Source: a virus
Taxonomy: Duplodnaviria > Caudoviricetes
Direction: 5' to 3' (one strand)
IMG/VR virus record: IMGVR_UViG_3300033402_000023
Span: 1-42,752 of that record
DNA length: 42,752 bases
The notes below the pieces were generated by a model that was not told the DNA's origin, did no database searches, and saw nothing but the letters and a program-made list of their open reading frames with translations. This document shows positions 7,129 to 15,539 of this stretch, piece after piece. Each line of letters opens with the position of its first letter. Position 1 is the stretch's first letter. The translations under genes and the position numbers were made by a program.

Positions 7129-8090
7129 GCCACTGCCTCGACTTTCTCGCTCGCGGCCAGTCCCTCGCGGAAGGCGCGCGCGCCGGCCATGATGCGGCCG
7201 ATGGAGATGTAGCGTTGTGTTTTGCGGTCCACGCTGACCACGATGGTCGAGCCCTCGATCAGCGCGCGGATCTCGGCGGCGTCGGGCTTGCATTCCTTCA
7301 GCTCGCTGCGCAGGATGCCCGCGGCCTCGTCGCTGGTCAAGGGCGGCAGAGTGACCTTGTCGGTGATGCGCCGCTCCAGTTGCTCCAGCGTGCCCACAAA
7401 GCGCGAGAAGATCTTGTCCAGCTCATGCGAGCCGAGGAATAAAAGCGAGAAGCGCGGCTCCTCATCGAGCAGCTCGCGAATGACTTCAAGGCAATCGACG
7501 CTCAAATGCTGCGCCTCGTCGAAGACGAGAACCACGCGGCAACCCTTGAAGTCGAAGCGCAGATTGTGGATGGCGCGGTCGATAGCCGTATCCGATTGCG
7601 TTCCGCAGGCGGTGGCCACGCGCTTCATCAAATCGCGCGGGCAGATGCGCGCGCGGCAGTAGATGCGGAAGATGAAGGTCTTCTGATCGGCCTTGCGGTC
7701 TTTGTTATGCTCGGCAATCAAGTGGCGCGTGATTTCCGTCTTGCCCGAGCCGGGGGGCGCATAGCCTAAATAAATCTGCGGGCGTTCGGCGAGCTTCAAG
7801 AAGATGCCGCGCATGAGCTTGACCGCGCCGGTTTCGTAGATCTGGCCGCAATAGGGCGCTTCCGGCTCGATGGGGTTGTGCTCGATGAAGTTGAGAATGG
7901 CGGCGGTGATGCGGCTCGTATTGGCGATGTTGGAATAATGGCCAGACATGAACTGCTGCAGCGTGTTGTGCGAGTAGCCGACGCGGCGCGCAAAATCCAC
8001 CGGCGACATGCCCGATTGAATCAGGTAGCCGGTGACGATGCGCTGCACGCGCTGCGCGGTTTCAAAATGAGCTTTCCGTTCTTCGGTCAT
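7125..8090 (-). CDS. muB: MuB-like transposition AAA+ ATPase
   Basis: N-terminal HTH; Walker A APPGSGKT; Walker B LVFDEAQHL; directly follows the transposase. Confidence 0.95.
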   Translation of the reverse strand: MTEERKAHFETAQRVQRIVTGYLIQSGMSPVDFARRVGYSHNTLQQFMSGHYSNIANTSRITAAILNFIEHNPIEPEAPYCGQIYETGAVKLMRGIFLKLAERPQIYLGYAPPGSGKTEITRHLIAEHNKDRKADQKTFIFRIYCRARICPRDLMKRVATACGTQSDTAIDRAIHNLRFDFKGCRVVLVFDEAQHLSVDCLEVIRELLDEEPRFSLLFLGSHELDKIFSRFVGTLEQLERRITDKVTLPPLTSDEAAGILRSELKECKPDAAEIRALIEGSTIVVSVDRKTQRYISIGRIMAGARAFREGLAASEKVEAVA

Positions 8091-9934
8091 GCGTTCCTTT
8101 TCTCCAAAATCTGGCGTGCCAATTCGGCCGGGGTCGCCGGCCGGGTCAATGTTTCGTGGTTGTGAGGGATGGTCTTGCGCTGGGTGATGATGTGGGAGAG
8201 ATCGGTGTCCGCGGGAAGCCGCAATCTTCCGGCCATGGATTCGAGCGGCGTCTGAGCGCCGTTATGCCGGGCGACGATTGCAAGATTATGGATCGCTTCG
8301 CGCGTCTGCTTTTCGAGATGGCGGCGCGTCGCCATGCTCTCGGCAATCTGCGATTGCGTCTCGGCGTCGTAGGGAGCAAAGCGGACTTTTTCTTCAGCCT
8401 GAAGCGCACAAAGGAAGTTGCCGTCTTCATCGAGCGCGGCGCACTCTTCGGGTAGGGCGGAATCGTAGGCTATGAGGATCTCCGTCTCGTTGAGGTTGTG
8501 CATCACCGCCCATCCGGCTTGATCGACGGGCTGATAGCGGCGCTTCGAGAGCGTGATGGCGCACTCGCGCACCCGGCGGCGCTCATGCTCGGCCAAAAGC
8601 AGCGCCAGCGTGGCGGGATCGGGCGCGGGCTTCTGGCGGGGATTGAGGTTGGCTTCGAAGACCTCGCGCGGCGTTCCGCCGTCCATGCCTTCGCCCGAGT
8701 GCGGCGTGTTGGCGTACTCATCGAGCCAGGCCAGGCAGGCCATGATGAAGAGGCTCGCCTTCGGGTGCTTCGATTCCGCCACGCGGCCGGCCTTGAGAAG
8801 GCGGCGATGGCGCATCATGGCCGCTTCGGTTTGTTCGGGCCGCGTGAAGGGATTGCCGCTGGTGTAGGTGGGCCAGCATTTGTCGAAGCGTTCATGCACG
8901 GTGCGGAAACTGCGCTCGACGTGCTTGGATTGCGGGTGGTGAGGAATGCAATGCGTAACGGCAATGCCCAGCCGCGCGAGGAAGCCGGTGGCGGCGATGC
9001 CTTCGAGTTCATCCTTCCACCAGGTGGGCGGCGCCAGAGGCGATTCGGCGAGATAACCAGGCAGCGCGCCGCGCGCGATCTTGCGATAGTCCTTGCCGTT
9101 ATCGACGTAGATGTGCTCAGGAGGGCCATATCTGGCGATGCCGCGGCGCATGGCGGCGGCAATGGCCCGCGAGCTGCCCTCCCAGCACCAGCTCGCGCCC
9201 ACGTACATCCTGGAGCGGTAATCGAGCATGGCGGAAAATCTGATGCGAATGGGAGCGCCCCACTCCACGTTGGAGAAGCAATCGTTGGCGCACTCCACAT
9301 CGTGGATCATGTGATCGCCCACCCAAACCTGATTCGAGTAGCAGTCGGTAAATCCGCGCGTGAGATAGGGCGACATGCGCTCGCGGTAGATCTTCGCGCC
9401 TTCACGGGCGTAGGTGACGAGCTGAGGCGGCATCATGGAGAGCCAGCGGCGCACTGTGTTGTAGCTGGGCAGATCGCCGGCTGGAATTTCAAGTAGGGCG
9501 GCGTCGCGCAGCAGAGCTTCATAGCAGACGGAGACGGATTGTTTCTGGTCGAGGTAGAGATACGCTGCCAGCCAGGCGGCCTTGGGATAGAGAGAAAAAA
9601 AGCGGGATGAATTTTTGTCGCTGCGCTTGCGGTCGGCCAATGCGGCGAGACCGTCTTTTTCATAGCGGCGCTTCCAGAGCCAGATCGTTGCTTCGCTCAC
9701 ATTCGATTGCGCCGCCACATAGGCTGCCATGCGGCTGAAGCTGGTCACTGGAGTTCCATCGGGAAGGCGGAGATTGCCGAAGCGTTCCGGTTCGCGCTGG
9801 AAGTCGAAGAGCATGCGGAGAATGGATAGCCGGAATTCGGCTTGCGCCTGGTCATCGGGATCGGGAAGGAGTACTCGCTGCGGAATGGAGACCGGTGTGG
9901 GGAGCGGAAGAGTCAACGCGAGCTGAGCGGCCAT
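8087..9934 (-). CDS. muA: MuA-like DDE transposase
   Basis: HTH domains; WVGDH, IYVDNGKDY and SKHVERSF catalytic motifs; YANTPHSG; Mu-type C-terminal barrel. Confidence 0.97.
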   Translation of the reverse strand: MAAQLALTLPLPTPVSIPQRVLLPDPDDQAQAEFRLSILRMLFDFQREPERFGNLRLPDGTPVTSFSRMAAYVAAQSNVSEATIWLWKRRYEKDGLAALADRKRSDKNSSRFFSLYPKAAWLAAYLYLDQKQSVSVCYEALLRDAALLEIPAGDLPSYNTVRRWLSMMPPQLVTYAREGAKIYRERMSPYLTRGFTDCYSNQVWVGDHMIHDVECANDCFSNVEWGAPIRIRFSAMLDYRSRMYVGASWCWEGSSRAIAAAMRRGIARYGPPEHIYVDNGKDYRKIARGALPGYLAESPLAPPTWWKDELEGIAATGFLARLGIAVTHCIPHHPQSKHVERSFRTVHERFDKCWPTYTSGNPFTRPEQTEAAMMRHRRLLKAGRVAESKHPKASLFIMACLAWLDEYANTPHSGEGMDGGTPREVFEANLNPRQKPAPDPATLALLLAEHERRRVRECAITLSKRRYQPVDQAGWAVMHNLNETEILIAYDSALPEECAALDEDGNFLCALQAEEKVRFAPYDAETQSQIAESMATRRHLEKQTREAIHNLAIVARHNGAQTPLESMAGRLRLPADTDLSHIITQRKTIPHNHETLTRPATPAELARQILEKRNA

Positions 9935-9943
9935 GATTTTCTT

Positions 9944-10156
9944 TCAACGTGCAATGATTTTGAGAATGCAATCGGGTATTTCAGGGACGGTGAGCTTCAT
10001 CATGAGGCGGCGCGTCAAGCCCCAATCGTTGTTGGTGAATTTGTCGAAGGGTTTTGCGCCGGTGGAGATCAGCGAATGCCTGTAGGTCCAGGCATGATCG
10101 CAGAGCACATAGAGCAGCTCTCGCTCCGCGGCGGTGAGAACGATATCGGCGGCCAT
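9944..10156 (-). CDS. Hypothetical protein
   Basis: GGAGG RBS; abuts the upstream stop. Confidence 0.65.
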   Translation of the reverse strand: MAADIVLTAAERELLYVLCDHAWTYRHSLISTGAKPFDKFTNNDWGLTRRLMMKLTVPEIPDCILKIIAR

Positions 10157-10417
10157 CTAGCGGCCTCCGTACTGCGCGGCGATCTCAGCATCGACGCGGG
10201 CCATCTCTTCACGAACTGCGCGAAGGACGCGAGGCGAATTCCTGCGCTGTCTGGCTACATTGCAGGCGGTTGTTTCTGAGCATCCTATTCTATCCGCGAC
10301 TTTTTTATAAACGCCATAATAGCGCCCATTCGGTTTGAATTGATTGAGTTCAAGAGCATCGAGAGGGATGGGAGGTGGAAGAGCAGCCTCTGCGCGCCAA
10401 TCTATGGAATGCTTCAT
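10157..10417 (-). CDS. Ner/Cro-like HTH protein, paralogue 2
   Basis: KKVADRIGCSETTACNVARQRRNSPRVLRAVREE aligns with the 11512-11721 product. Confidence 0.75.
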   Translation of the reverse strand: MKHSIDWRAEAALPPPIPLDALELNQFKPNGRYYGVYKKVADRIGCSETTACNVARQRRNSPRVLRAVREEMARVDAEIAAQYGGR

Positions 10418-10611
10418 GCTGCGCCTCCGGATGCAGGAAGTGGCTTCCAGAGATCAGGATGAGCTCTTAGCCATTTCTCTCCTCGCCAGCGGGGTTCCCA
10501 AATGTACCAAGGCTTTTTGCGTGTGCCAAATATAGGCTCACCATCACCATCCACAGGACAGCCATCTGAATCCATGACCAAGCATTTGACTAAAATCTTT
10601 TTCAGCTTCAT
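10414..10611 (-). CDS. Hypothetical protein
   Basis: ATGA overlaps at both ends; lower GC. Confidence 0.65.
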   Translation of the reverse strand: MKLKKILVKCLVMDSDGCPVDGDGEPIFGTRKKPWYIWEPRWRGEKWLRAHPDLWKPLPASGGAA

Positions 10612-11246
10612 GCTGCGCCTTCGATCTCGGCGAGGGCTTCTTCGCGCGCCTTGTTCAGCTCGGACATGGCGTGATGGCTCCCGCCGCGATCCGGATGCAG
10701 ATCGAAAGCGAGTGCGCGAAAACTTGATTCGATGACTTCCTCAGTGGCATCGTGTCTTACGCGAAGCACCTCCCACCAGGCGCGGCCGGTTTTGGCGGGC
10801 AGCGCGGCGAAGCCGCGGAAGGTACGTTCCTGCACTTGCGCGCCTCCATGGCGCTCGATGGCGCGCATGGCGTCGAGGGTGGCGGCGACGGCGGCCAGGT
10901 TGTCGGCCACCGATCGGTAAATGTCGATGGCCATGCACTGCATCTGGGCGTTTTGATTTTTGCGCCAGTAGACGGCCACGCCGGGATCGGAGGGCTCGCG
11001 TTGATCGCTGCGCGGCAGGCCGTCGAGGCGCGTTTGCACGTTGGTGCTGATGAGCACATCGTCGCGGCTGATCTTCATCGAGGCGAGTTGCGCAAGGATG
11101 CGGTTGATTCCGCCCATGATCGAGATGCTGTTCCCATAGGTTTTGAAGTTGCCGCGCTTGCGAAATTCAGGATCAACGCGCGCCCATCCCTCCGGCCAGG
11201 AGAGCGGGTAATTGGTGAGTGAGAAGCGGCGGTTTTTGGTTTTCAT
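10608..11246 (-). CDS. J-domain (DnaJ-like) protein
   Basis: C-terminal WWEVL...FRALAFDLHPDRGG...LNKAREEA with HPD motif; YPLSWPEGW N-terminus. Confidence 0.92.
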   Translation of the reverse strand: MKTKNRRFSLTNYPLSWPEGWARVDPEFRKRGNFKTYGNSISIMGGINRILAQLASMKISRDDVLISTNVQTRLDGLPRSDQREPSDPGVAVYWRKNQNAQMQCMAIDIYRSVADNLAAVAATLDAMRAIERHGGAQVQERTFRGFAALPAKTGRAWWEVLRVRHDATEEVIESSFRALAFDLHPDRGGSHHAMSELNKAREEALAEIEGAA

Positions 11247-11515
11247 GCGGAGGCCTCCAGCGTTATAGAGTTGCCGTTGAGCCATTTTTCAAGTTGCGCC
11301 GCAATCCTGGCACCGTGCTCGTCGATATATGCCAGCGCTTTTTCTTCGCTATCGAAATTGCAACAAAAATACTCAGGGTCATCGACTTCCCAAAAATCGT
11401 GACGCTTATAAGGAATTACATTAATTGGAACTATTCTCTTTATCGAGGAGGGATTCCAAAGGCATCGAAATGCCAGACCGAGGGCGGCGAAGGAAAGACT
11501 GAATCGTTTTTTCAT
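11243..11515 (-). CDS. Hypothetical protein
   Basis: ATGA overlaps at both ends; lower GC. Confidence 0.65.
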   Translation of the reverse strand: MKKRFSLSFAALGLAFRCLWNPSSIKRIVPINVIPYKRHDFWEVDDPEYFCCNFDSEEKALAYIDEHGARIAAQLEKWLNGNSITLEASA

Positions 11516-11721
11516 GCCGCACGCCTTTCTGTCTTCCTGGCATAACGCTGAATCTCGCGTTCAATGCGGGCATATTCCTTTACGAGGGCGGCTTCTACCC
11601 GGCGAGAGCGCCGATGACCATTGGCCACCAGACAGAGATGGGAGCGGCTGAGGCCGAGTTGTTTAGCCACGCGGCTAAGGATATTGCGGGATAATTTGGT
11701 GCGATAAGTGTTGGCGTTCAT
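11512..11721 (-). CDS. Ner/Cro-like HTH regulator, first gene of the early operon
   Basis: SRVAKQLGLSRSHLCLVANGHRRSRRV; divergent from the repressor. Confidence 0.85.
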   Translation of the reverse strand: MNANTYRTKLSRNILSRVAKQLGLSRSHLCLVANGHRRSRRVEAALVKEYARIEREIQRYARKTERRAA

Positions 11722-11770
11722 ATATCCTGACCAAAGGCGCGAAAGAAACACCGTTTGCCTCTGAATCACT

Positions 11771-11799
11771 ATAGTCAGCCTGCTGACAATTTTTGTCAA
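11771..11799 (-). promoter_or_regulatory. Early promoter overlapping operator palindrome TGACAA-N3-TTGTCA (11784-11798)
   Basis: Minus-strand TTGACA, 17 nt, GACTAT; second palindrome GTCAGC-CT-GCTGAC at 11774-11787. Confidence 0.65.
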
Positions 11800-11808
11800 G
11801 GAAAAAGT

Positions 11809-12318
11809 GTGGATGCTGACAAAATTATTCCGTATGGCTCGATTGCACATGCAATCGTTTCATTAAGGAAATCTCGCGGAATAACGCAAGGCACACTATC
11901 TAAAGAGCTTGGTATAAAACGGAACAGGCTAGCGCAATGGGAGCGTGATACCTATAAGCCTCCACCTAAAATACTTCTCATGCTTGCTGAAATGGTTCCG
12001 GAGTCTGAAAGGCAATGGTGGAGAGATAAGGCATCGGAGCGCGCAGACATTAATCTGGATGAAACGGAAGCGATCTCGACGCCACTATTCCAACGGGTAA
12101 AGAAAGCCACGGACGAAGGATTGATGGCACAGGCGGTTGTCGCGGTTGAGGCCAGAATCCTTCAGAGAGGTCTAGGCATGACGCTGATGCAGAAAGCGCA
12201 GGTCTATTGTAGGGTCTATGATGATTGGCAAGGATTTGCCGAGCGCACCGATGCCACTGTAGATCGCCGCATCGATGAAGTCGTTTGTCCAATAAATACG
12301 AAAGGGCGCAAAAAATGA
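11809..12318 (+). CDS. XRE-family HTH phage repressor
   Basis: LRKSRGITQGTLSKELGIKRNRLAQWE...P; AAGGA RBS before GTG; divergent from the ner-like gene. Confidence 0.9.
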   Translation: MDADKIIPYGSIAHAIVSLRKSRGITQGTLSKELGIKRNRLAQWERDTYKPPPKILLMLAEMVPESERQWWRDKASERADINLDETEAISTPLFQRVKKATDEGLMAQAVVAVEARILQRGLGMTLMQKAQVYCRVYDDWQGFAERTDATVDRRIDEVVCPINTKGRKK

Positions 12319-12872
12319 AAACGATCAGCAGTCTGCTTATGATTTCCGTCTTGTGTTGCCTTCAATTGACAGCCCAGACATCGAAGCCGCGCCCGCGGCC
12401 GCTGGCACCGACTTCCTTCCTTGGTATTCAATTTGGGAAGCCCATCAGTGATTCCGTGCGCAAATGTGACAGATATGAGGCTTCTGTAGATACCTGCTTT
12501 GAACCGATAAGTGACTTTTATAAAGTTCGTAATATAGAACTCTTTAGCAATATATTTGTAAACGAGATCGATGGAAAAGTTGGAAATATCGACGCAGAAT
12601 TCAATGTAGATAATGCCGATCAGATATTGCGCGCGCTAAGGGAAAAATACGGGCCACCCGCTCTTGATACAATCACGCACCTCCAAAATTCCATGGGCGC
12701 GCAAATCAGAGGGCGCAAAATATATTGGCATTGGGCGCATATAAGCATCGTCTTCAAATCACCGGACTCGATGATTGATGAAGGCACTCTTTCTGCATAT
12801 ACCATGGAATATATAGCAGCGATTGAACGAGATCAGAAAAAAGAAAAGGACGCTTTGAAAGGCGTACTCTAA
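12315..12872 (+). CDS. Secreted/periplasmic protein co-transcribed with the repressor (lysogenic conversion or exclusion candidate)
   Basis: Signal peptide MKTISSLLMISVLCCLQLTA; ATGA overlap; low GC. Confidence 0.8.
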   Translation: MKTISSLLMISVLCCLQLTAQTSKPRPRPLAPTSFLGIQFGKPISDSVRKCDRYEASVDTCFEPISDFYKVRNIELFSNIFVNEIDGKVGNIDAEFNVDNADQILRALREKYGPPALDTITHLQNSMGAQIRGRKIYWHWAHISIVFKSPDSMIDEGTLSAYTMEYIAAIERDQKKEKDALKGVL

Positions 12873-12897
12873 TCCCTAATCCCTAGTCCCTATTCTC
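12870..12897 (+). repeat. Heptamer tandem repeat (TAATCCC type)
   Basis: TAATCCC TAATCCC TAGTCCC TATTCTC. Confidence 0.8.
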
Positions 12898-12914
12898 TCG
12901 TTTCACACCCGCGC

Positions 12915-12982
12915 CCTTCCAACCTTTCCCTTCTCTTCATGCGCTCCACCGCGCGGCGCGCTTCCGCCCTATTCTGCTCACA
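12915..12982 (+). promoter_or_regulatory. Putative activator-dependent late promoter (lysis operon)
   Basis: 25-nt motif, 30 nt, then TATTCT; same spacing as 21327-21387. Confidence 0.6.
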
Positions 12983-13115
12983 GACCTGAACGGTAGGCAA
13001 TCCGCGAATCACTCTGAAAGGAGGTCGCGGAGTAGCCAGAGCAGAGAGACAGCGGTCAGCAGACAGCGATCAGCCGAAGGCATCTGACAACTGAAAACTG
13101 ACCACTGTCGCTAGA
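12982..13115 (+). ncRNA. Structured late-leader RNA candidate
   Basis: TCCGCGA/TCGCGGA stem with CTCT-GAAA-GGAG tip; long heptamer-repeat hairpin at 13048-13109. Confidence 0.45.
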
Positions 13116-13179
13116 GGCGAGGGAAACGGAATGTCAAAGACAGTGGCGGATTATTTCAGTTCACCGGCGTCCCAGAAAG

Positions 13180-13446
13180 TCATTCGAGAAGCGCTTTCTC
13201 GCTCAAGGCCGGTCCCTCGATGGGCACGAATGCGAAGCGCAGTTCGTGGTATGGGAAGAAAAATCCGAGCGAGTTTGGCGCGGATCTTTGCTCTGCGATC
13301 TTGAGCATTTGATCGGTAAGCGTCTGGCTCTCGATCCAGATGCCTCCCGGTTCAACGCCCAACAGTTTGACTTCTTGGGGGCTGTTGGGATCAATGGCTG
13401 GAATCACGACGGTGATGTTGGTTCCAATGTAATCGAAAAGCTCCAT
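13180..13446 (-). CDS. Small protein with possible Sm/Hfq-like fold, antisense to the late operon
   Basis: YIGTNITVVI...VKLLGVEPGGIWIE...FFFPYHELRF beta-strand pattern; GAAAGG RBS; AT-rich upstream region. Confidence 0.75.
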   Translation of the reverse strand: MELFDYIGTNITVVIPAIDPNSPQEVKLLGVEPGGIWIESQTLTDQMLKIAEQRSAPNSLGFFFPYHELRFAFVPIEGPALSEKALLE

Positions 13447-13498
13447 TGGCGTACCTTTCACGTTCGTTTATAGTATGCCACCGGATGAGGGAAAAGCG

Positions 13499-13963
13499 AT
13501 GAACCTGAGCGCGGCGGGAATGGAGCTGTTAAAGAGAAGCGAGGGCTTCCGCGCGTCCGTCTATCTCGACGCGGCCGGGCTGCCCACCATCGGCTACGGC
13601 CACAAGCTTTTGAATTCGCAATCCTTTCCCGAGGGCATCGACGAGGCGCAGGCGGCGGAGATCCTTGTCTCCGACGTGCGCGAGGCCGAACATGCGGTGG
13701 AACGGCTGGTGAAGGTTCACCTCTTTCAAGGCCAGTTCGACGCGCTGGTGGACTTCACTTTCAACCTCGGGGCGGGTCGCCTTGCAAATTCAACTCTGCT
13801 CAAGCTGCTCAACAAAGGCCGCTACGATGACGCCTGCGAGCAGATCTTGCACTGGGATCATGCCGGCGGCAAGGAACTCGCTGGATTGAAGGCGCGGCGC
13901 GAGGCGGAAGCAGCGTTGTGGAAGCAGGGCAGTTCTCAGCCGTCAGTTCTCAGTTCTCAATAA
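13499..13963 (+). CDS. Endolysin, GH24 phage lysozyme
   Basis: EG...YLDAAGLPTIGYGH catalytic E-D-T; QFDALVDFTFNLG; GLKARREAE. Confidence 0.97.
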   Translation: MNLSAAGMELLKRSEGFRASVYLDAAGLPTIGYGHKLLNSQSFPEGIDEAQAAEILVSDVREAEHAVERLVKVHLFQGQFDALVDFTFNLGAGRLANSTLLKLLNKGRYDDACEQILHWDHAGGKELAGLKARREAEAALWKQGSSQPSVLSSQ

Positions 13964-13998
13964 AAAACAAATGCCGCATCCGCGGCGGAGGGAAAAAC

Positions 13999-14835
13999 GT
14001 GAACATCTTTTCGAACATCTTGAATTCGCCGAAGACATCGATTGCGGGGCTGCTGATCGGCGCGGTCACCATCGGCGGCGTGCTCTCGCAGCAAGGCATC
14101 ACCCTGGGCAATATCGGCAATGGAACCGTGGTCACTCTGATCTGTGCGCTGGCGACAGCGCTGCTCGGCTTGCTGGCGCGTGATCCGGCGCCTTCGACAT
14201 CGAGCTCCACAACGAGCACCACCACCAAGCTGGGCTGCTGGGCATTGATCGCTCTTTTGGTGCAGTTACCATTTGTGCAAGGCTGCTCGGCGAAGAGCGT
14301 GGCCCAGGATATTGTGAACTGGACTCCGGCGCTGCAATCGGCGGTGGCCACCATCGATTCAGGCGCGGCATTGCTCGACCCGGCGGCCGCGCCGATCTTC
14401 GCCGCGGCCACGGCGGGCTTCGATGCGGCCTCGAATGTTCTGGTCGCCCAGGCCAGAGCTTACCTTGCGAATCCCAATGCGACTGTGCTTGCGCAATTGC
14501 AAACTGCGGTGGTGACCCTACAGCAGCAGGTGAATACGGCGCTCTTGCAGGCGGCAAAGATTACCAATCCGGCGAGTCAGCAGCATGCGCTCAATCTCAT
14601 CAATGCCGTGGCTACGGTAGTGGATGCGATTCTGGCGCTGGTGGTCTCGATCAGCTCCAAGGCGGCGATTGCGCGGATGGATTCTCGAATTAGCATCCAG
14701 CTAGCCGACGTCGCTCCGCTGATGAAGGATAGGCAGGCCGATGAGATCATCGCGCGGCATTACAAGGTTCCTGTCATGACCGGCGATTATTTTCGCTCGG
14801 TCAACCGGGAGATTCTCGTACAGAACGGGTTTTAA
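13999..14835 (+). CDS. Holin-like N-terminus fused to a lipobox-bearing helical domain
   Basis: Two TM helices after SPKTSIAG, Ser/Thr linker, third hydrophobic helix ending VQGC; GGAGG RBS before GTG. Confidence 0.7.
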   Translation: MNIFSNILNSPKTSIAGLLIGAVTIGGVLSQQGITLGNIGNGTVVTLICALATALLGLLARDPAPSTSSSTTSTTTKLGCWALIALLVQLPFVQGCSAKSVAQDIVNWTPALQSAVATIDSGAALLDPAAAPIFAAATAGFDAASNVLVAQARAYLANPNATVLAQLQTAVVTLQQQVNTALLQAAKITNPASQQHALNLINAVATVVDAILALVVSISSKAAIARMDSRISIQLADVAPLMKDRQADEIIARHYKVPVMTGDYFRSVNREILVQNGF

Positions 14836-14962
14836 GGGATGACCCCCCCAATGCGAAGTCTCCAGGAGTTCGAGGTCCGTACCTGGAGTCACAACTTGCA
14901 ACCATAAACCCGGAGGCGGCCGATCGAACCAGGTTGGCCGCCGCCGGCAAAATGAGGAAGCC

Positions 14963-15238
14963 ATGGCAAGCTGCCAGCCGGTCAAATTCGCCAACGTCTC
15001 GCGGTTGAAATATCAGGCGATCCGGGCGCGCATCCGCGCTCAGGCTTCCAGCCTGACCATCGATGGCGACAGCGGCACGGCGAGCGGCTCGACGCCTCTG
15101 GGCAAGGTTGCCTTCAGTTGGAGCTATGACGAGGCCGGCCAAACCTTGACTGTGCAATGCACGAGCAAGCCGATGCTCGTCTCGGAGGCTACGGTCGCGG
15201 CCAAGCTGCGCGATCTGATGGAGTCGGTGACGACATGA
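14963..15238 (+). CDS. Hypothetical protein
   Basis: GAGG RBS; late operon orientation. Confidence 0.75.
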   Translation: MASCQPVKFANVSRLKYQAIRARIRAQASSLTIDGDSGTASGSTPLGKVAFSWSYDEAGQTLTVQCTSKPMLVSEATVAAKLRDLMESVTT

Positions 15239-15342
15239 GAAGGCGGTTTTGGGGTTGGATTTTGCTGGGAGCGGGCTTTGCCCTGACGGTTTGGGTGACG
15301 AGCTGCGGAGGCGATTTGGCCTGGGCGCTGACGAGGCGGTAA
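15235..15342 (+). CDS. 35-aa lipoprotein-like peptide
   Basis: MRRRFWGWILLGAGFALTVWVTSC lipobox-like; ATGA overlap. Confidence 0.45.
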   Translation: MRRRFWGWILLGAGFALTVWVTSCGGDLAWALTRR

Positions 15343-15539
15343 AAGCCGGGAAAAGCCGGTAAAAGGTAAAACCGCCGCGGGAGGCTCCAGGAGGCGATTT
15401 AAGGCATGCGGGCGAATTTCTGGCGGTTGGCTACGAAATATTCAAATGAACGGCCCGACGCGGACAGCAAATGGCGGCGATAAGGCGAAAATCGAGCCGG
15501 TCTAACAAAAATGCCGGTTTTTGGTTTGAAGGGGGTTTT

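Noticed and set aside
12990-13040. c-di-GMP-I riboswitch
   Set aside because: A GAAA-capped stem is present, but the following GCAAA junction and P3/receptor elements are not.
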